64,000 bases of DNA, taken from contig CABQBC010000002.1 in assembly GCA_902462305.1 (NCBI GenBank), positions 76,825 to 140,824 on the forward strand, read 5' to 3'. Each line of letters opens with the position of its first letter. Within the stretch, counting starts at the first letter, position 1. Origin of the DNA: an uncultured Flavobacteriales bacterium (GTDB lineage: Bacteria; Bacteroidota; Bacteroidia; Flavobacteriales; UBA1820). Positions 47,553 through 57,718 of the stretch are shown in pieces. Under the pieces are notes generated by a model that saw only the letters and a list, made by a program, of their open reading frames with translations, ran no database searches and had not been told where the DNA came from. The position numbers were made by a program, and so were the translations under genes.

Positions 47553-48241
47553 TTTCCGTCACGAGGGTATTTGAGCCTGAAACGCACGTATGTGATCGGC
47601 GTAGCGGTTTCAAGGTATTTTTTTTCGTAAAACGTCTGTATGTCTTTAAGATGCGCCGGAGCATTGTCGTCGCGGTAAAGGTCATGCTGTGCGTACAATA
47701 CTTCGTGCCCCTGACCGTGTAGAATACCAAGAGTATATCCGTGCAGGAACGCAGAATCCGTTTTAAGATGTACCACACCTCCTTCGGAGAGTATCGAATG
47801 ATATTTCCTTAAAAAATCCGAACCTGTAAGCCGGTGTTTGGTACGGCGGTATTTTATCTGCGGATCGGGGAACGTTATCCATATTTCGGACACCTCGCCC
47901 GGCGCGAAACATTTATCTATCAACTCTATCTGCGTACGAAGAAAACCTGCGTTGGACATACCGCCTTCACTGGCCGTTTTAGCTCCGCGCCACAACCTCG
48001 CTCCTTTTATATCGACGCCTATGAAATTCTTATCGGGATAACACCGGGCCAGACCTATCGTATATTCGCCTTTACCGCATCCCAATTCCAGAACTATCGG
48101 GTTGTCATTTTTAAAAAACTCCCGGCCCCACTGCCCGCGAAGGCCGAACGAACCGGATAATACATCATCCCTGTCAGGCTGCACCAGACACGAGAACGTT
48201 TCGTTCTCCCTGAACCGGCGTAATTTATTCTTACTTCCCAT
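47549..48241 (-). CDS. trmB: tRNA (guanine-N7)-methyltransferase
   Basis: LELGCGKGEYTIGLA SAM motif and the FPDPQIKYRRTKHR motif (FPDPW/HxKxRH-like). 230 aa. Confidence 0.9.
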   Translation of the reverse strand: MGSKNKLRRFRENETFSCLVQPDRDDVLSGSFGLRGQWGREFFKNDNPIVLELGCGKGEYTIGLARCYPDKNFIGVDIKGARLWRGAKTASEGGMSNAGFLRTQIELIDKCFAPGEVSEIWITFPDPQIKYRRTKHRLTGSDFLRKYHSILSEGGVVHLKTDSAFLHGYTLGILHGQGHEVLYAQHDLYRDDNAPAHLKDIQTFYEKKYLETATPITYVRFRLKYPRDGK

Positions 48242-48390
48242 TTAAAAAGTATTTTTGGCGTCACATGTTCCTCAAACCAGAAAAACGCCCGGAAAAAAAT
48301 TAAAGAACTTAAAAAATCCAAATCGTTTCGTATAACACACTCCCGGTCCCGGCATATCCGCAATTGCAGCCGGACGGCGATACGCCGTCG

Positions 48391-49650
48391 TCACTGCCCG
48401 GAACGTATAGCCTCCACAGGATCGAGCCTGGCACCCATATATGCCGGCATTATACCGGCCAAAAGTCCTATCACGGCCGAAATGATCAGTCCGATGTTTA
48501 TATTTGCCAAAGACAGGTAGAACGACATGCCGGACATGGATTCCACCGCCGCCATCGCTCCCCAGACCATGATTATACCCATTACCCCGCCGGTCAACGA
48601 AAGGAATATCGCCTCGAATACGAACTGGAGAAGTATAAAACTGTTTTTGGCTCCGAGAGCTTTTTGTATGCCTATCTGATTGGTGCGTTCACGCACGCTC
48701 ACGAACATTATGTTGGCTATACCGAACCCGCCCACGAGCATGGAAAAACCTCCTATGATAAATCCCGCGGTATTGAGCAGCGAATAAAGCGGCGCAAAAG
48801 TCGTAGCGATGACCGAAGGCACGTTCAACTCGAAATTGTCGTTGGCATCCGGAGCCAGGCGACGTATCGAGCGCATATTGCCGCGTATTTCGCTCAGGAA
48901 CTCGTCCATGTTGTTTTTCTGCGCTTCGGAGGGGTTTATCATCAGCTCGCCTCCGGAACGTTCGTTTATCACGTTATACTTACGGTAGAAATTTATAGGC
49001 ACGAACAAGCGGTTGTCCTTTTCCACGCCGAACGTCTGTTCGCCCTCCATCTCAAGGGTGCCTATTATCTTGAGTTTCTGCCCGCGGTACACTATTTCCT
49101 TGCCTATGGCGTTTTCGGCCGAACCGAACGAGTTGCTATATATGTCATACCCTACTATGGCCACATTGGCTCCGCCGGTACTTTCCACCGGCGAAAAATA
49201 TCTTCCCTGGTTTATCTTGAGAGCCTCTATGTTTTCGTACTGGTGCGATACTCCCTTGAGGTTGACATTGTTTATGTTTTCCCCGTTTATCTTTATGGCC
49301 GGGTACTGGTCTATGGTAAAAGCTATACGGTCGGCTATTTCAGGCATGCGGCGGCGCAGGGCGGCAGCTTCTTCGAGCGTAGGCCACGGGCGTTTCTGTA
49401 TGTCCCACCACGGTATGTTTATATTCATGCCCCAAGGCCATTTGCCCACGTACACGACTTCGGCTCCCATTTCCGCCAAGTCGTCGTCGATATTCTTTTT
49501 GAGCGAATCGACAGCCGCCAGTACGGTTATTATGCAAAAAATGCCTATGCTTATCCCCAAAAGCGACAGAAGGGTGCGCAGTTTGTTTTTTATAAGCGCG
49601 TCCCATGCGAACTTTACGCTTTCGGTGAAAAGTATTATAGATTTTAACAT
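48391..49650 (-). CDS. ABC transporter permease, MacB/FtsX family
   Basis: I prefer the start MLKSIILFTESVKFAWDALIKNKLRTLLSLLGISIGIF at 49650. It has a periplasmic MacB-like domain and a C-terminal FtsX 3-helix bundle. No ATPase gene is adjacent. Confidence 0.85.
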   Translation of the reverse strand: MLKSIILFTESVKFAWDALIKNKLRTLLSLLGISIGIFCIITVLAAVDSLKKNIDDDLAEMGAEVVYVGKWPWGMNINIPWWDIQKRPWPTLEEAAALRRRMPEIADRIAFTIDQYPAIKINGENINNVNLKGVSHQYENIEALKINQGRYFSPVESTGGANVAIVGYDIYSNSFGSAENAIGKEIVYRGQKLKIIGTLEMEGEQTFGVEKDNRLFVPINFYRKYNVINERSGGELMINPSEAQKNNMDEFLSEIRGNMRSIRRLAPDANDNFELNVPSVIATTFAPLYSLLNTAGFIIGGFSMLVGGFGIANIMFVSVRERTNQIGIQKALGAKNSFILLQFVFEAIFLSLTGGVMGIIMVWGAMAAVESMSGMSFYLSLANINIGLIISAVIGLLAGIMPAYMGARLDPVEAIRSGQ

Positions 49651-49743
49651 GCCCGGTTTTCCGTTATACAGGTTTAAGGTTATCAAATATATTGTTATCC
49701 TTGCAAATATCCTCATTTTTTGCCGGTTTATTGTATATTCCTT

Positions 49744-49792
49744 AAAAAAAAGCTTTGCGGCAGACGGATTTTCCATCCGCCCGCCGCAAAGC
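49744..49792 (-). terminator. rho-independent terminator (minus strand)
   Basis: gctttgcggc...gccgcaaagc outer stem with inner pairing, followed on the minus strand by T8. Confidence 0.5.
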
Positions 49793-50284
49793 AATGTTTT
49801 TTACAAACGGCACAATGCCGCATAAAATTACAGCTTCCGGCCTTTATTTTTCAACAGAAGCCTGTCCGGAACCGAACCGGTCACGGTTATATCCTCTTCC
49901 TGATATACGATGTCCGCATCGAGAACACCAAAGGCAAAAGCTATTTCCTGCCCTTGCCGTCGAATACGCCCCGGCAAACTACGCGGCCATAACCCGATAG
50001 GAAGGCTCCCATGAAACCTGCCGGAAACAGATGGACAAACATAAGATTTCGGATGATTTCATTTCTTCATCGGTTTTTAGGTTTTTGGTTAAGATTAAAT
50101 TTAATTAAAACTTTCCGTCCTCGGCAATCGTAGCACGCTGATTTTAAAAGTTATTATTTATTGTTTACAAGCGGATGCGGATTTATGCCTCCCCCGATTC
50201 GTCATTGCAAACGCCCGGCGAAAAGTAAAAATCACTACATTTGAGGCTGCATAGGAAAACCAACATACACATTCACAAAAAATA

Positions 50285-52330
50285 ATGAAACGGATAACGA
50301 CAATACTGTTGACTATTATCATGGCACAAACTTTACAAGCCGGCAAACCAGCCGGTGTCATGACGCCCGAGACAATGTGGAAACTGGGCCGCGTCAGCCT
50401 GCAAGCCGTAAGCGACGACGGGCAAACGATAATCTACGGCGTGACACGCTACGATGTAACCGCCAACAAGGGCACATCGCAACTTTTCTGCGTAACCATG
50501 TCCGGAGCCACGTCACAACTTACCGACGGCGATAAAAGCGCTTCTGCCGTAGGCTTTACCAGGCAGGGACGCATAGCTTACATGCAGGACGGACAATTGT
50601 GGACAATGGCACGCGACGGCTCAGGGAAAAAACAGGCATCGAACATAGAAGGCGGCATATCTAACGTTAAAATATCGCCCAAAGGCGATGCCGTACTTTT
50701 CACCCGCGATGTAAAATACCGCGAAACTACTGCAGAAATGTATCCCTCACTGCCGAAAGCAAACGCCATAATAGTCGAAGACCTTATGTACCGCCACTGG
50801 AACCAGTGGGAGGACGACATGGTTTCGCACGTGTTCTACGCTCCGTTCGACGGTGAAAAAATATCCGGTTCCGGCACGGACATCATGTCCGGCGAACCGT
50901 ACGACAGCCCGCTTTCACCTATGGGCGGGGCCGAACAACTCGCATGGAGCCCCGACGGGATGAAAATAGCGTACACATGCAAGAAAAAGACCGGCGCACA
51001 GGCCGCCGTATCGACCGATGCGGACATATACATCTACGACATAGTATCCAAACAGACCCAAAACCTGACCGAAGGCAACAAAGGCTACGACATGAATCCC
51101 GCGTGGAGTCCGGACGGGCGTTTCATTGCATGGACCTCTATGGAAGAAGACGGCTACGAAGCCGACAAAAACGACATAAAACTCTACGAGTGGTCCACAG
51201 GAAAGACCTACAACCTGACGTCCAGATGGGACGAAACGATAGAGGAATTCGCATGGGAGCGTACCTCCGACAAAATAATATTCCGTACGACGCTGAACGC
51301 CGTGGAACAGCTTTTCGAATACCGCCTGCCTAAGACCCTCGCGGCAATAGACCCCCACACATCGATAGTCCAGCTGACAAAAGGCGACGACTGCAAAGGC
51401 GCATTCATACTCACCCCGAAATTCATAATCGCCGAACGTTACGATTTTAACCGCCCCAACGAGATAGTGGCCTACGACATGAAAAAACGCACGTTCCGCT
51501 ATCTTACCGATGTCAACGGCGATATTTTCAAAAACATAAAACCGGCCGTGGTAAAAAAACGCCTCGTGCCCACTACCGACGGCAAACAGATGCTCGTATG
51601 GGAGCTTCTGCCGCCCGATTTCGACGCATCGAAGAAATACCCGGCATTGCTCTTTTGCGGCGGAGGCCCGCAAAACGCCATAACGCCATCTTATTCTTTC
51701 CGCTGGAATTTTCAGTTGATGGCATCTAACGGTTATGTGGTAATAGTTCCCAACCGACGCGGCCTGCCGTCTTTCGGAGTGAGGTGGAACGAAGAAATAT
51801 CCGGTCAGTGGGGAGGACAGGCGATAACCGACCTGATGACGGCATCGGATGCCATAGCTGCGGAACCATATGTGGATGAGACCAGAATGGGGGCCGTAGG
51901 CGCTTCCTACGGAGGCTATTCGGTATACATGCTCGCCGGCAAGCACCAAGGCCGCTACAAAGCGTTCATATCGCACTGCGGGACGTTCGACAACCGCAGC
52001 TGGTACGGCACGACCGAAGAAATTTTCTTTGCCAACAAAGATCTCGACGGACCGTACTGGAAAGATTACCGCGCACCGTCGTACAACGAATTTTCCCCTT
52101 CCAGCTATGTGGAAAAATGGGACACACCGATACTGATAATACAAGGACAACAGGATTTCCGCGTCCCCGAAAACCAGTCCATGCAGGCGTTTCAGGCAGC
52201 CCGCCTACGCGGGATAGAATCGCGTATGGTGCTGTTTCCCGATGAATGCCATTGGGTGCTCAAACCACAGAACAGCCTTTTGTGGCATGCCGAGTTCTAC
52301 GGCTGGTTGGACAAATACCTCAAAAAATAA
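50285..52330 (+). CDS. S9-family serine peptidase (prolyl oligopeptidase / dipeptidyl-peptidase-like)
   Basis: Signal peptide. N-terminal beta-propeller region with WSPDG repeats. C-terminal hydrolase domain with GASYGGY and the Asp/His context (QGQQDFRVP, ECHW). Confidence 0.9.
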   Translation: MKRITTILLTIIMAQTLQAGKPAGVMTPETMWKLGRVSLQAVSDDGQTIIYGVTRYDVTANKGTSQLFCVTMSGATSQLTDGDKSASAVGFTRQGRIAYMQDGQLWTMARDGSGKKQASNIEGGISNVKISPKGDAVLFTRDVKYRETTAEMYPSLPKANAIIVEDLMYRHWNQWEDDMVSHVFYAPFDGEKISGSGTDIMSGEPYDSPLSPMGGAEQLAWSPDGMKIAYTCKKKTGAQAAVSTDADIYIYDIVSKQTQNLTEGNKGYDMNPAWSPDGRFIAWTSMEEDGYEADKNDIKLYEWSTGKTYNLTSRWDETIEEFAWERTSDKIIFRTTLNAVEQLFEYRLPKTLAAIDPHTSIVQLTKGDDCKGAFILTPKFIIAERYDFNRPNEIVAYDMKKRTFRYLTDVNGDIFKNIKPAVVKKRLVPTTDGKQMLVWELLPPDFDASKKYPALLFCGGGPQNAITPSYSFRWNFQLMASNGYVVIVPNRRGLPSFGVRWNEEISGQWGGQAITDLMTASDAIAAEPYVDETRMGAVGASYGGYSVYMLAGKHQGRYKAFISHCGTFDNRSWYGTTEEIFFANKDLDGPYWKDYRAPSYNEFSPSSYVEKWDTPILIIQGQQDFRVPENQSMQAFQAARLRGIESRMVLFPDECHWVLKPQNSLLWHAEFYGWLDKYLKK

Positions 52331-52339
52331 TCATCCTGA

Positions 52340-52921
52340 ATGGCTTCAAAGGATTGCCTGAGGGAAATATACCGCCGAAAGCGCGGCACGCTCTCCGACG
52401 AAGAGCGCGCCGCGCTTTCGTTATCGATATGCAGAGCCGTCACAACTTCGGAAGTTTTCATACGTTCATCGGCAATACATGTTTTCCTGCCAATAAAACG
52501 CCTTCGTGAAATAGATACGATGCCGATAGCGAACGCCGTATGGAATGCGGGCAAGACACTGGTAGTGTCGGTGTCGGATCTCGCATCCGGGAACATGACA
52601 AACTACGCAGCGCTGAAAGATACCGTCTTTACGGAAAACTCATGGGGCATACCGGAACCTGAGGATGTTCTTTCCATGAAAAAGATACGGTCTGAGACGA
52701 TCGACATGGTCATAGTTCCTCTTCTGGCATATGATACCCGCGGAGCACGCGTTGGTTACGGACGGGGATTTTACGACCGTTTCCTGAGCGCCTGCCGCGC
52801 GGATACCGTCAAGGCCGGAGTATCGTTTTTTCCGCCTGAAGAAAACGCGATAGAAGACACCACGGACGACGATATTCCTTTGGATTGCTGCTTCACTCCG
52901 CATGGATGCCTACGGTTTTAA
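52340..52921 (+). CDS. 5-formyltetrahydrofolate cyclo-ligase
   Basis: 193 aa with PLLAYDTRGARVGYGRGFYDRFL, the signature region of the family. Confidence 0.85.
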   Translation: MASKDCLREIYRRKRGTLSDEERAALSLSICRAVTTSEVFIRSSAIHVFLPIKRLREIDTMPIANAVWNAGKTLVVSVSDLASGNMTNYAALKDTVFTENSWGIPEPEDVLSMKKIRSETIDMVIVPLLAYDTRGARVGYGRGFYDRFLSACRADTVKAGVSFFPPEENAIEDTTDDDIPLDCCFTPHGCLRF

Positions 52922-53012
52922 GCAATTGTTAATTTCCCGGCCGGCATCACACAAATCGCGCTATTAATAATTAACTTTACCTCCGTCAACATAAACACTA
53001 TTTTACCATACG

Positions 53013-53792
53013 ATGAAACTCAAAAAAATACTTCTATGCGCCGCCGTTGCGATGACGGCCGCATCCGTTTCACATGCTCAGCCTAAAGTCGTGGCGCACC
53101 GAGGCTACTGGAAAGCCGAAGGGTCGGCCCAGAACTCGATAACGGCCATCCGCAAAGCCGATGCGATAAACGCTTTCGGCTCCGAAATAGACGTGCTGCA
53201 GACCAAAGACGGCGTGCTGGTGGTTAACCATGACGCCCATGTCGGGCCCGATAAAATCCTTATAGAAGGAGCGGACTACAAACAGATAAAAGACATAAAA
53301 CTGTCCAACGGCGAAACCTTGCCAACGCTGAAAAACTACCTTAAAGCGTTTAAAAAATGTAGGAACGTTACTCTGGTGCTGGAGATAAAAGAACATTCCA
53401 CCGATGAAAAAATGGTACGCGCCACGCGCGACATAATCGCTATGGTCGAAAAAATGGGACTTGCCGACCGCGTAATGTACATATCGTTCATGCCGACAAT
53501 ATGCGATGAAGTGGTACGCTGCGCCCCAGGTGCGGAAATAGCGTACCTTAGCAACAGAATGACGCCTAAACAGGTGAAAGAGCGCGGTTACACAGGCGTG
53601 GACTTCCATTATTCCCAGTTCCAGAAAAATCCCCGATGGGTCAAGGAATGCCATGACCTGGGACTTAACGTAAATGTATGGACCGTCAACAAAGACGAGG
53701 TGATAAAAGAGATGATAGGACTCGGCGTGGACTACATTACTACCGACGAGCCGGAGAGAGTACAACAACTCATAAAAGATTCCTGCAAATAA
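53013..53792 (+). CDS. glycerophosphodiester phosphodiesterase family protein
   Basis: Signal peptide. VVAHRGYW ... ENS-type catalytic region (AQNSITA), EIDV and the C-terminal DYITTDEPE. Confidence 0.88.
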   Translation: MKLKKILLCAAVAMTAASVSHAQPKVVAHRGYWKAEGSAQNSITAIRKADAINAFGSEIDVLQTKDGVLVVNHDAHVGPDKILIEGADYKQIKDIKLSNGETLPTLKNYLKAFKKCRNVTLVLEIKEHSTDEKMVRATRDIIAMVEKMGLADRVMYISFMPTICDEVVRCAPGAEIAYLSNRMTPKQVKERGYTGVDFHYSQFQKNPRWVKECHDLGLNVNVWTVNKDEVIKEMIGLGVDYITTDEPERVQQLIKDSCK

Positions 53793-53805
53793 ACACACAT
53801 CCAAG

Positions 53806-53871
53806 CCCGTCAATAACTAACTGCAAAGGCCGCCCCTTCCGGGACGGCCTTTGCAGTTAGTTATTGACGGG
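53806..53871. terminator. very long hairpin (27 bp, then one mismatch, then 3 bp; UUCC loop) between convergent genes
   Basis: cccgtcaataactaactgcaaaggccg c ccc ttcc ggg a cggcctttgcagttagttattgacggg. It lies 14 nt after the GDPD stop and 44 nt before the ybaK stop. Confidence 0.65.
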
Positions 53872-53914
53872 CAGAGTAAACAAAGCGTATAAACACGAAA
53901 ACAGACTGCTATTC

Positions 53915-54394
53915 TCATTCCGCGACCAAATCACAGACGGAGGATTTAGTAAAATCCACCAAATCGGCAGGAGCAGCCTTTATCTGCAATCCACGCACAC
54001 CGGCACTGACATATACGTACGGAAAATCCATGCACGTAATGTGAAAGAACATCGGAAACGCCTTTTTCATACCTACCGGCGAACATCCGCCTCGTATGTA
54101 TCCGGTCACCGGTAAAAGATCCTTCACGGGTATAAGATCGGCCTTTTTATCTGCGGCGGCCCGGGCCGCCTTCTTAAGGTCCACCTCATCCCCGCCGGGA
54201 ATCACACACACGAAATATCCAGTCCGTTCGCCCTTTAGCACCAACGTTTTGAATACCTGACGTATATCCTCCCCCAATTCGCCGGCTACGTGCACGGCCG
54301 AAAGGTCGGTCTCGTCCGCATGGTAAGGTATAAGTTCGTATTCTATTCCCGCCTTGTCCAGAAGGCGTGCAGCATTGGTCTTTGCCGTTTTCAT
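53915..54394 (-). CDS. ybaK: Cys-tRNA(Pro)/Cys-tRNA(Cys) deacylase YbaK
   Basis: I prefer the start MKTAKTNAARLLDKAGIEYEL. Motifs FKTLVLKG and the YbaK-type GYIRGGCSPVGMKK. Confidence 0.85.
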   Translation of the reverse strand: MKTAKTNAARLLDKAGIEYELIPYHADETDLSAVHVAGELGEDIRQVFKTLVLKGERTGYFVCVIPGGDEVDLKKAARAAADKKADLIPVKDLLPVTGYIRGGCSPVGMKKAFPMFFHITCMDFPYVYVSAGVRGLQIKAAPADLVDFTKSSVCDLVAE

Positions 54395-54558
54395 TTCCCG
54401 ATTCGTTTGACAACGCAAAAATAACGCGTACGCCCGTAATCCCGACAATGCTGCCATATGGATTTTTTGAAAACATGAGGATTATCATACGGGCAATACA
54501 TCGAAAAGGCGTCCTTGCACAGACGCCTTTAGACAACACAATTAAATCCTCAGTATTT

Positions 54559-55821
54559 TCATATCACGAGCTCAAACAAGCTCACATTGTCGTTTATGTA
54601 CTGGTACTTTATACCGTCCTTGTCCATGCGTTTTACCAGTTCCTTGTAATCTTCCGGTTTCTGCACCTCTATGCCTATCAGGGCAGGTCCTTTTTCGCGC
54701 TGTATTTTCTTTTTGTACTCGAAATACGTAATGTCGTCCGTCGGTCCCAGTATATTATTCACAAAATTTTTCAACGCCCCGGCCCGCTGCGGGAACTCCA
54801 CGATAAAATAATGCTTCAGTCCTTCGTACAGCAGGGAGCGTTCTTTAATCTCCTCCATACGCGTTATATCGTTGTTGCTGCCGCTGACGATACATACCAC
54901 GTTTTTGCCTTTTATCTTGTCCCTGTAAAAATCCAGCGCACCGATACTCAACGCCCCGGCAGGTTCGGCAACGATAGCGTCCGCATTATACAGGCGCAAT
55001 ATCGTCGTACACACCTTTCCTTCGGGAACAACCACTATATCATCGCACACTCGGCGGCAAATCTCGAACGTAGTATCCCCGACGCGCTGTACGGCAGCGC
55101 CGTCTACGAACTTGTCTATCTCGTCGAGTGAAGTCACGCGTCCGTTCTCTATCGATTTTTTCATACCGGCCGCACCGAGAGGTTCCACTCCTATGACTTT
55201 CGTAGCGGGACTCAGCTGCTTGAAAACGCTCCCCACACCGGACAAAAGCCCGCCGCCGCCTACCGGCACAAATACGTAATCTATCGGTTCCGTCGTCTTC
55301 TGGAGTATCTCCAGTCCCACGGTGGCCTGTCCTTCGATTATACGCTCATCGTCGAACGGATGTATGAACACCATGTTGTTCTTCTCGCACTCAAGGGCCG
55401 CGCCCTTGGACGAGGCATCGAACGTATCTCCAGTGAGTATTATCTCCACATACTCGCCCCCGAACATCTTAACCTGCCCTATCTTCTGCTTTGGAGTGGT
55501 CACAGGCATGAAAATCTTGCCTTTTATACCCAGCTTACTGCACGAATAAGCCACCCCTTGAGCATGGTTGCCGGCACTGGCGCATACGATGCCGCGGGCG
55601 CGTTCCTCGGCCGTGAGCGACTTCATCTTGTTGTAAGCCCCGCGTATCTTGTACGAGCGCACCATCTGGAGGTCTTCCCTTTTCAGGTAGACAGTCCCGC
55701 CGTATTCCTGCGACAGATTGCGGTTTTTCTGCAATGGCGTAGGTTCGAGTATCTCGCCCAAAGTCCTTTCGGCAGTCATTATATCCTTAAGAACTGGCAT
55801 ATATTTATTTGTCTTTTCCAT
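54559..55821 (-). CDS. ilvA: threonine ammonia-lyase (biosynthetic type, single regulatory domain)
   Basis: PLP-lysine context SYKIRGAYN and a GGGGL loop. C-terminal ACT-like domain. 420 aa. Confidence 0.9.
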   Translation of the reverse strand: MEKTNKYMPVLKDIMTAERTLGEILEPTPLQKNRNLSQEYGGTVYLKREDLQMVRSYKIRGAYNKMKSLTAEERARGIVCASAGNHAQGVAYSCSKLGIKGKIFMPVTTPKQKIGQVKMFGGEYVEIILTGDTFDASSKGAALECEKNNMVFIHPFDDERIIEGQATVGLEILQKTTEPIDYVFVPVGGGGLLSGVGSVFKQLSPATKVIGVEPLGAAGMKKSIENGRVTSLDEIDKFVDGAAVQRVGDTTFEICRRVCDDIVVVPEGKVCTTILRLYNADAIVAEPAGALSIGALDFYRDKIKGKNVVCIVSGSNNDITRMEEIKERSLLYEGLKHYFIVEFPQRAGALKNFVNNILGPTDDITYFEYKKKIQREKGPALIGIEVQKPEDYKELVKRMDKDGIKYQYINDNVSLFELVI

Positions 55822-55861
55822 GTTTTATCGTTATTGGCTTGTATTCCCGGTAAAATGTTAT

Positions 55862-56923
55862 CTATATCGCCGCAGCTATGTAATCGCCGACAGCCTTGGT
55901 GCCGTAAGCCCGCCCTCCTTCAGAGATATCCTCGGTAACTACGCCGTCTTCAATCGACTTTTGCACCGCAGCGCGTATGGCCGCGCCCTCTTCGGGGAGG
56001 GAAAAAGCGTACTCGAACATCATGGCGGCAGACAATACGGTAGCCACAGGATTGGCTATGTCTTTTCCTGCTGCCTGGGGATACGAGCCGTGTATGGGCT
56101 CGAAAAGGGACGTATGTACTCCCACGGATGCCGAAGGCAAAAGCCCCAACGAACCGGTTATAACGCTCGCTTCGTCGGTCAGGATATCGCCGAACATGTT
56201 TTCCGTCACTATCACATCGAAATGCGAAGGCTGCTGTATTATCTTCATCGCAGCATTATCCACGAACATGTATTCGGTTTCCACCTGCGGATACTCCACC
56301 GACATTTCGCGCGCCGTCTGCCGCCATAGGCGCGAAGTAGCCAAAACGTTGGCTTTGTCCACCACGGTAAGTTTCCGGCGGCGTTTGTCCGCATATTCGA
56401 AACCTAAGCGGCATATGCGTTCTATTTCCTCCCTCGAATACACGCACGTATCGTAAGCGGTAAGCCCGTCTTCCGAACGCCCTTGCGGACGTCCGAAATA
56501 CATGCCTCCCGTGAGTTCCCTTAAGAAAACAAAATCCACCCCATCCACCAGGTCGGCCCTCAGTGGCGACCGGTGAGCAAGCGACGGGAAAGTATTGACC
56601 GGACGTATATTGGCATAAAGACCAAGTTTTTTCCTCATGGCCAGAAGCCCCTGCTCGGGACGTACTTTGGCGCCGGGATCGTTGTCGAAACGCGGATCGC
56701 CTATCGCTCCGAAGAGTATCGCGTCGGACTCCATACACACCCTATGCGTAGAGTCCGGGTAAGGCTCGCCGCAGCTGTCTATCGCAGCCGCACCGACCGG
56801 TGCATACGTATAATGCGCCTTGTGGCCGAATCTGCGGCACACAGCATCTATAGCTTTTACGGCCTGCTCCGTTATCTCCGGGCCTATACCGTCGCCGGGC
56901 AGGACGCCTATCTTGAATTCCAT
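55862..56923 (-). CDS. leuB: 3-isopropylmalate dehydrogenase
   Basis: [12 protein letters not shown]-terminus and the [12 protein letters not shown] motif. Confidence 0.95.
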   Translation of the reverse strand: MEFKIGVLPGDGIGPEITEQAVKAIDAVCRRFGHKAHYTYAPVGAAAIDSCGEPYPDSTHRVCMESDAILFGAIGDPRFDNDPGAKVRPEQGLLAMRKKLGLYANIRPVNTFPSLAHRSPLRADLVDGVDFVFLRELTGGMYFGRPQGRSEDGLTAYDTCVYSREEIERICRLGFEYADKRRRKLTVVDKANVLATSRLWRQTAREMSVEYPQVETEYMFVDNAAMKIIQQPSHFDVIVTENMFGDILTDEASVITGSLGLLPSASVGVHTSLFEPIHGSYPQAAGKDIANPVATVLSAAMMFEYAFSLPEEGAAIRAAVQKSIEDGVVTEDISEGGRAYGTKAVGDYIAAAI

Positions 56924-56984
56924 AATGCGTTAAATATATCGTTATGTTTTTTTCGTAAGCACAAATATAAGTCCGGCCGGAGGT

Positions 56985-57587
56985 TTAATCCATACGGACA
57001 GCATGTTTTTTCTCGAAAGCCTCGACTTCGGATTTCATGCTCATAAGGTAATCTATATCGTCGTACCCGTTTATAAGACATTCTTTTTTATAAGGGTTTA
57101 TATCGAAATGTTCACTCGCCCCGGAAGTCATTACAGTCACAGTCTGGGCAGCCAGGTCTATGCGTATTTCGGTGCATGGATCGGCATTGACTGCCGAAAA
57201 AAGCCCGGCGAGGAACTCCTCGCTCACCTGTACCGGCAAAAGGCCGTTGTTAAGTGCATTGTTTCTGAAAATGTCGGCGAAAAAACTCGATATCGCCGCA
57301 CGGAAACCGGCACCGGCGATGGCCCAGGCGGCATGTTCGCGGCTGGAGCCGCATCCGAAATTACGTCCGCCCACGAGTATCCTCCCTTTGAAACGGGCAT
57401 CGTTCATCGGAAATCCGGGTCTGAGACTGCCATTCTCGTCATAACGCCAGTCACGGAACAGGTTTTCACCGAAGCCCTCGCGCGAAGTGGCTTTAAGAAA
57501 ACGCGCCGGTATTATCTGATCGGTATCTATGTTTTCCACCTGTACCGGTACTGCTGTAGAAGTAAGTACTGTAAATTTCTCTGCCAT
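56985..57587 (-). CDS. leuD: 3-isopropylmalate dehydratase small subunit
   Basis: [14 protein letters not shown] and [13 protein letters not shown] motifs. 200 aa. Confidence 0.95.
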   Translation of the reverse strand: MAEKFTVLTSTAVPVQVENIDTDQIIPARFLKATSREGFGENLFRDWRYDENGSLRPGFPMNDARFKGRILVGGRNFGCGSSREHAAWAIAGAGFRAAISSFFADIFRNNALNNGLLPVQVSEEFLAGLFSAVNADPCTEIRIDLAAQTVTVMTSGASEHFDINPYKKECLINGYDDIDYLMSMKSEVEAFEKKHAVRMD

Positions 57588-57718
57588 ATCTTTTTCATCA
57601 AGCGGGTTACGCCCACCGTATTTTTTATATCCGTTTTTATTTGCCGTTCTGCCGGTGACATATCACCTGCGGAGCATTTTTCAAAATACCCCGGAAAACC
57701 GGCATTCTTCACACACAT

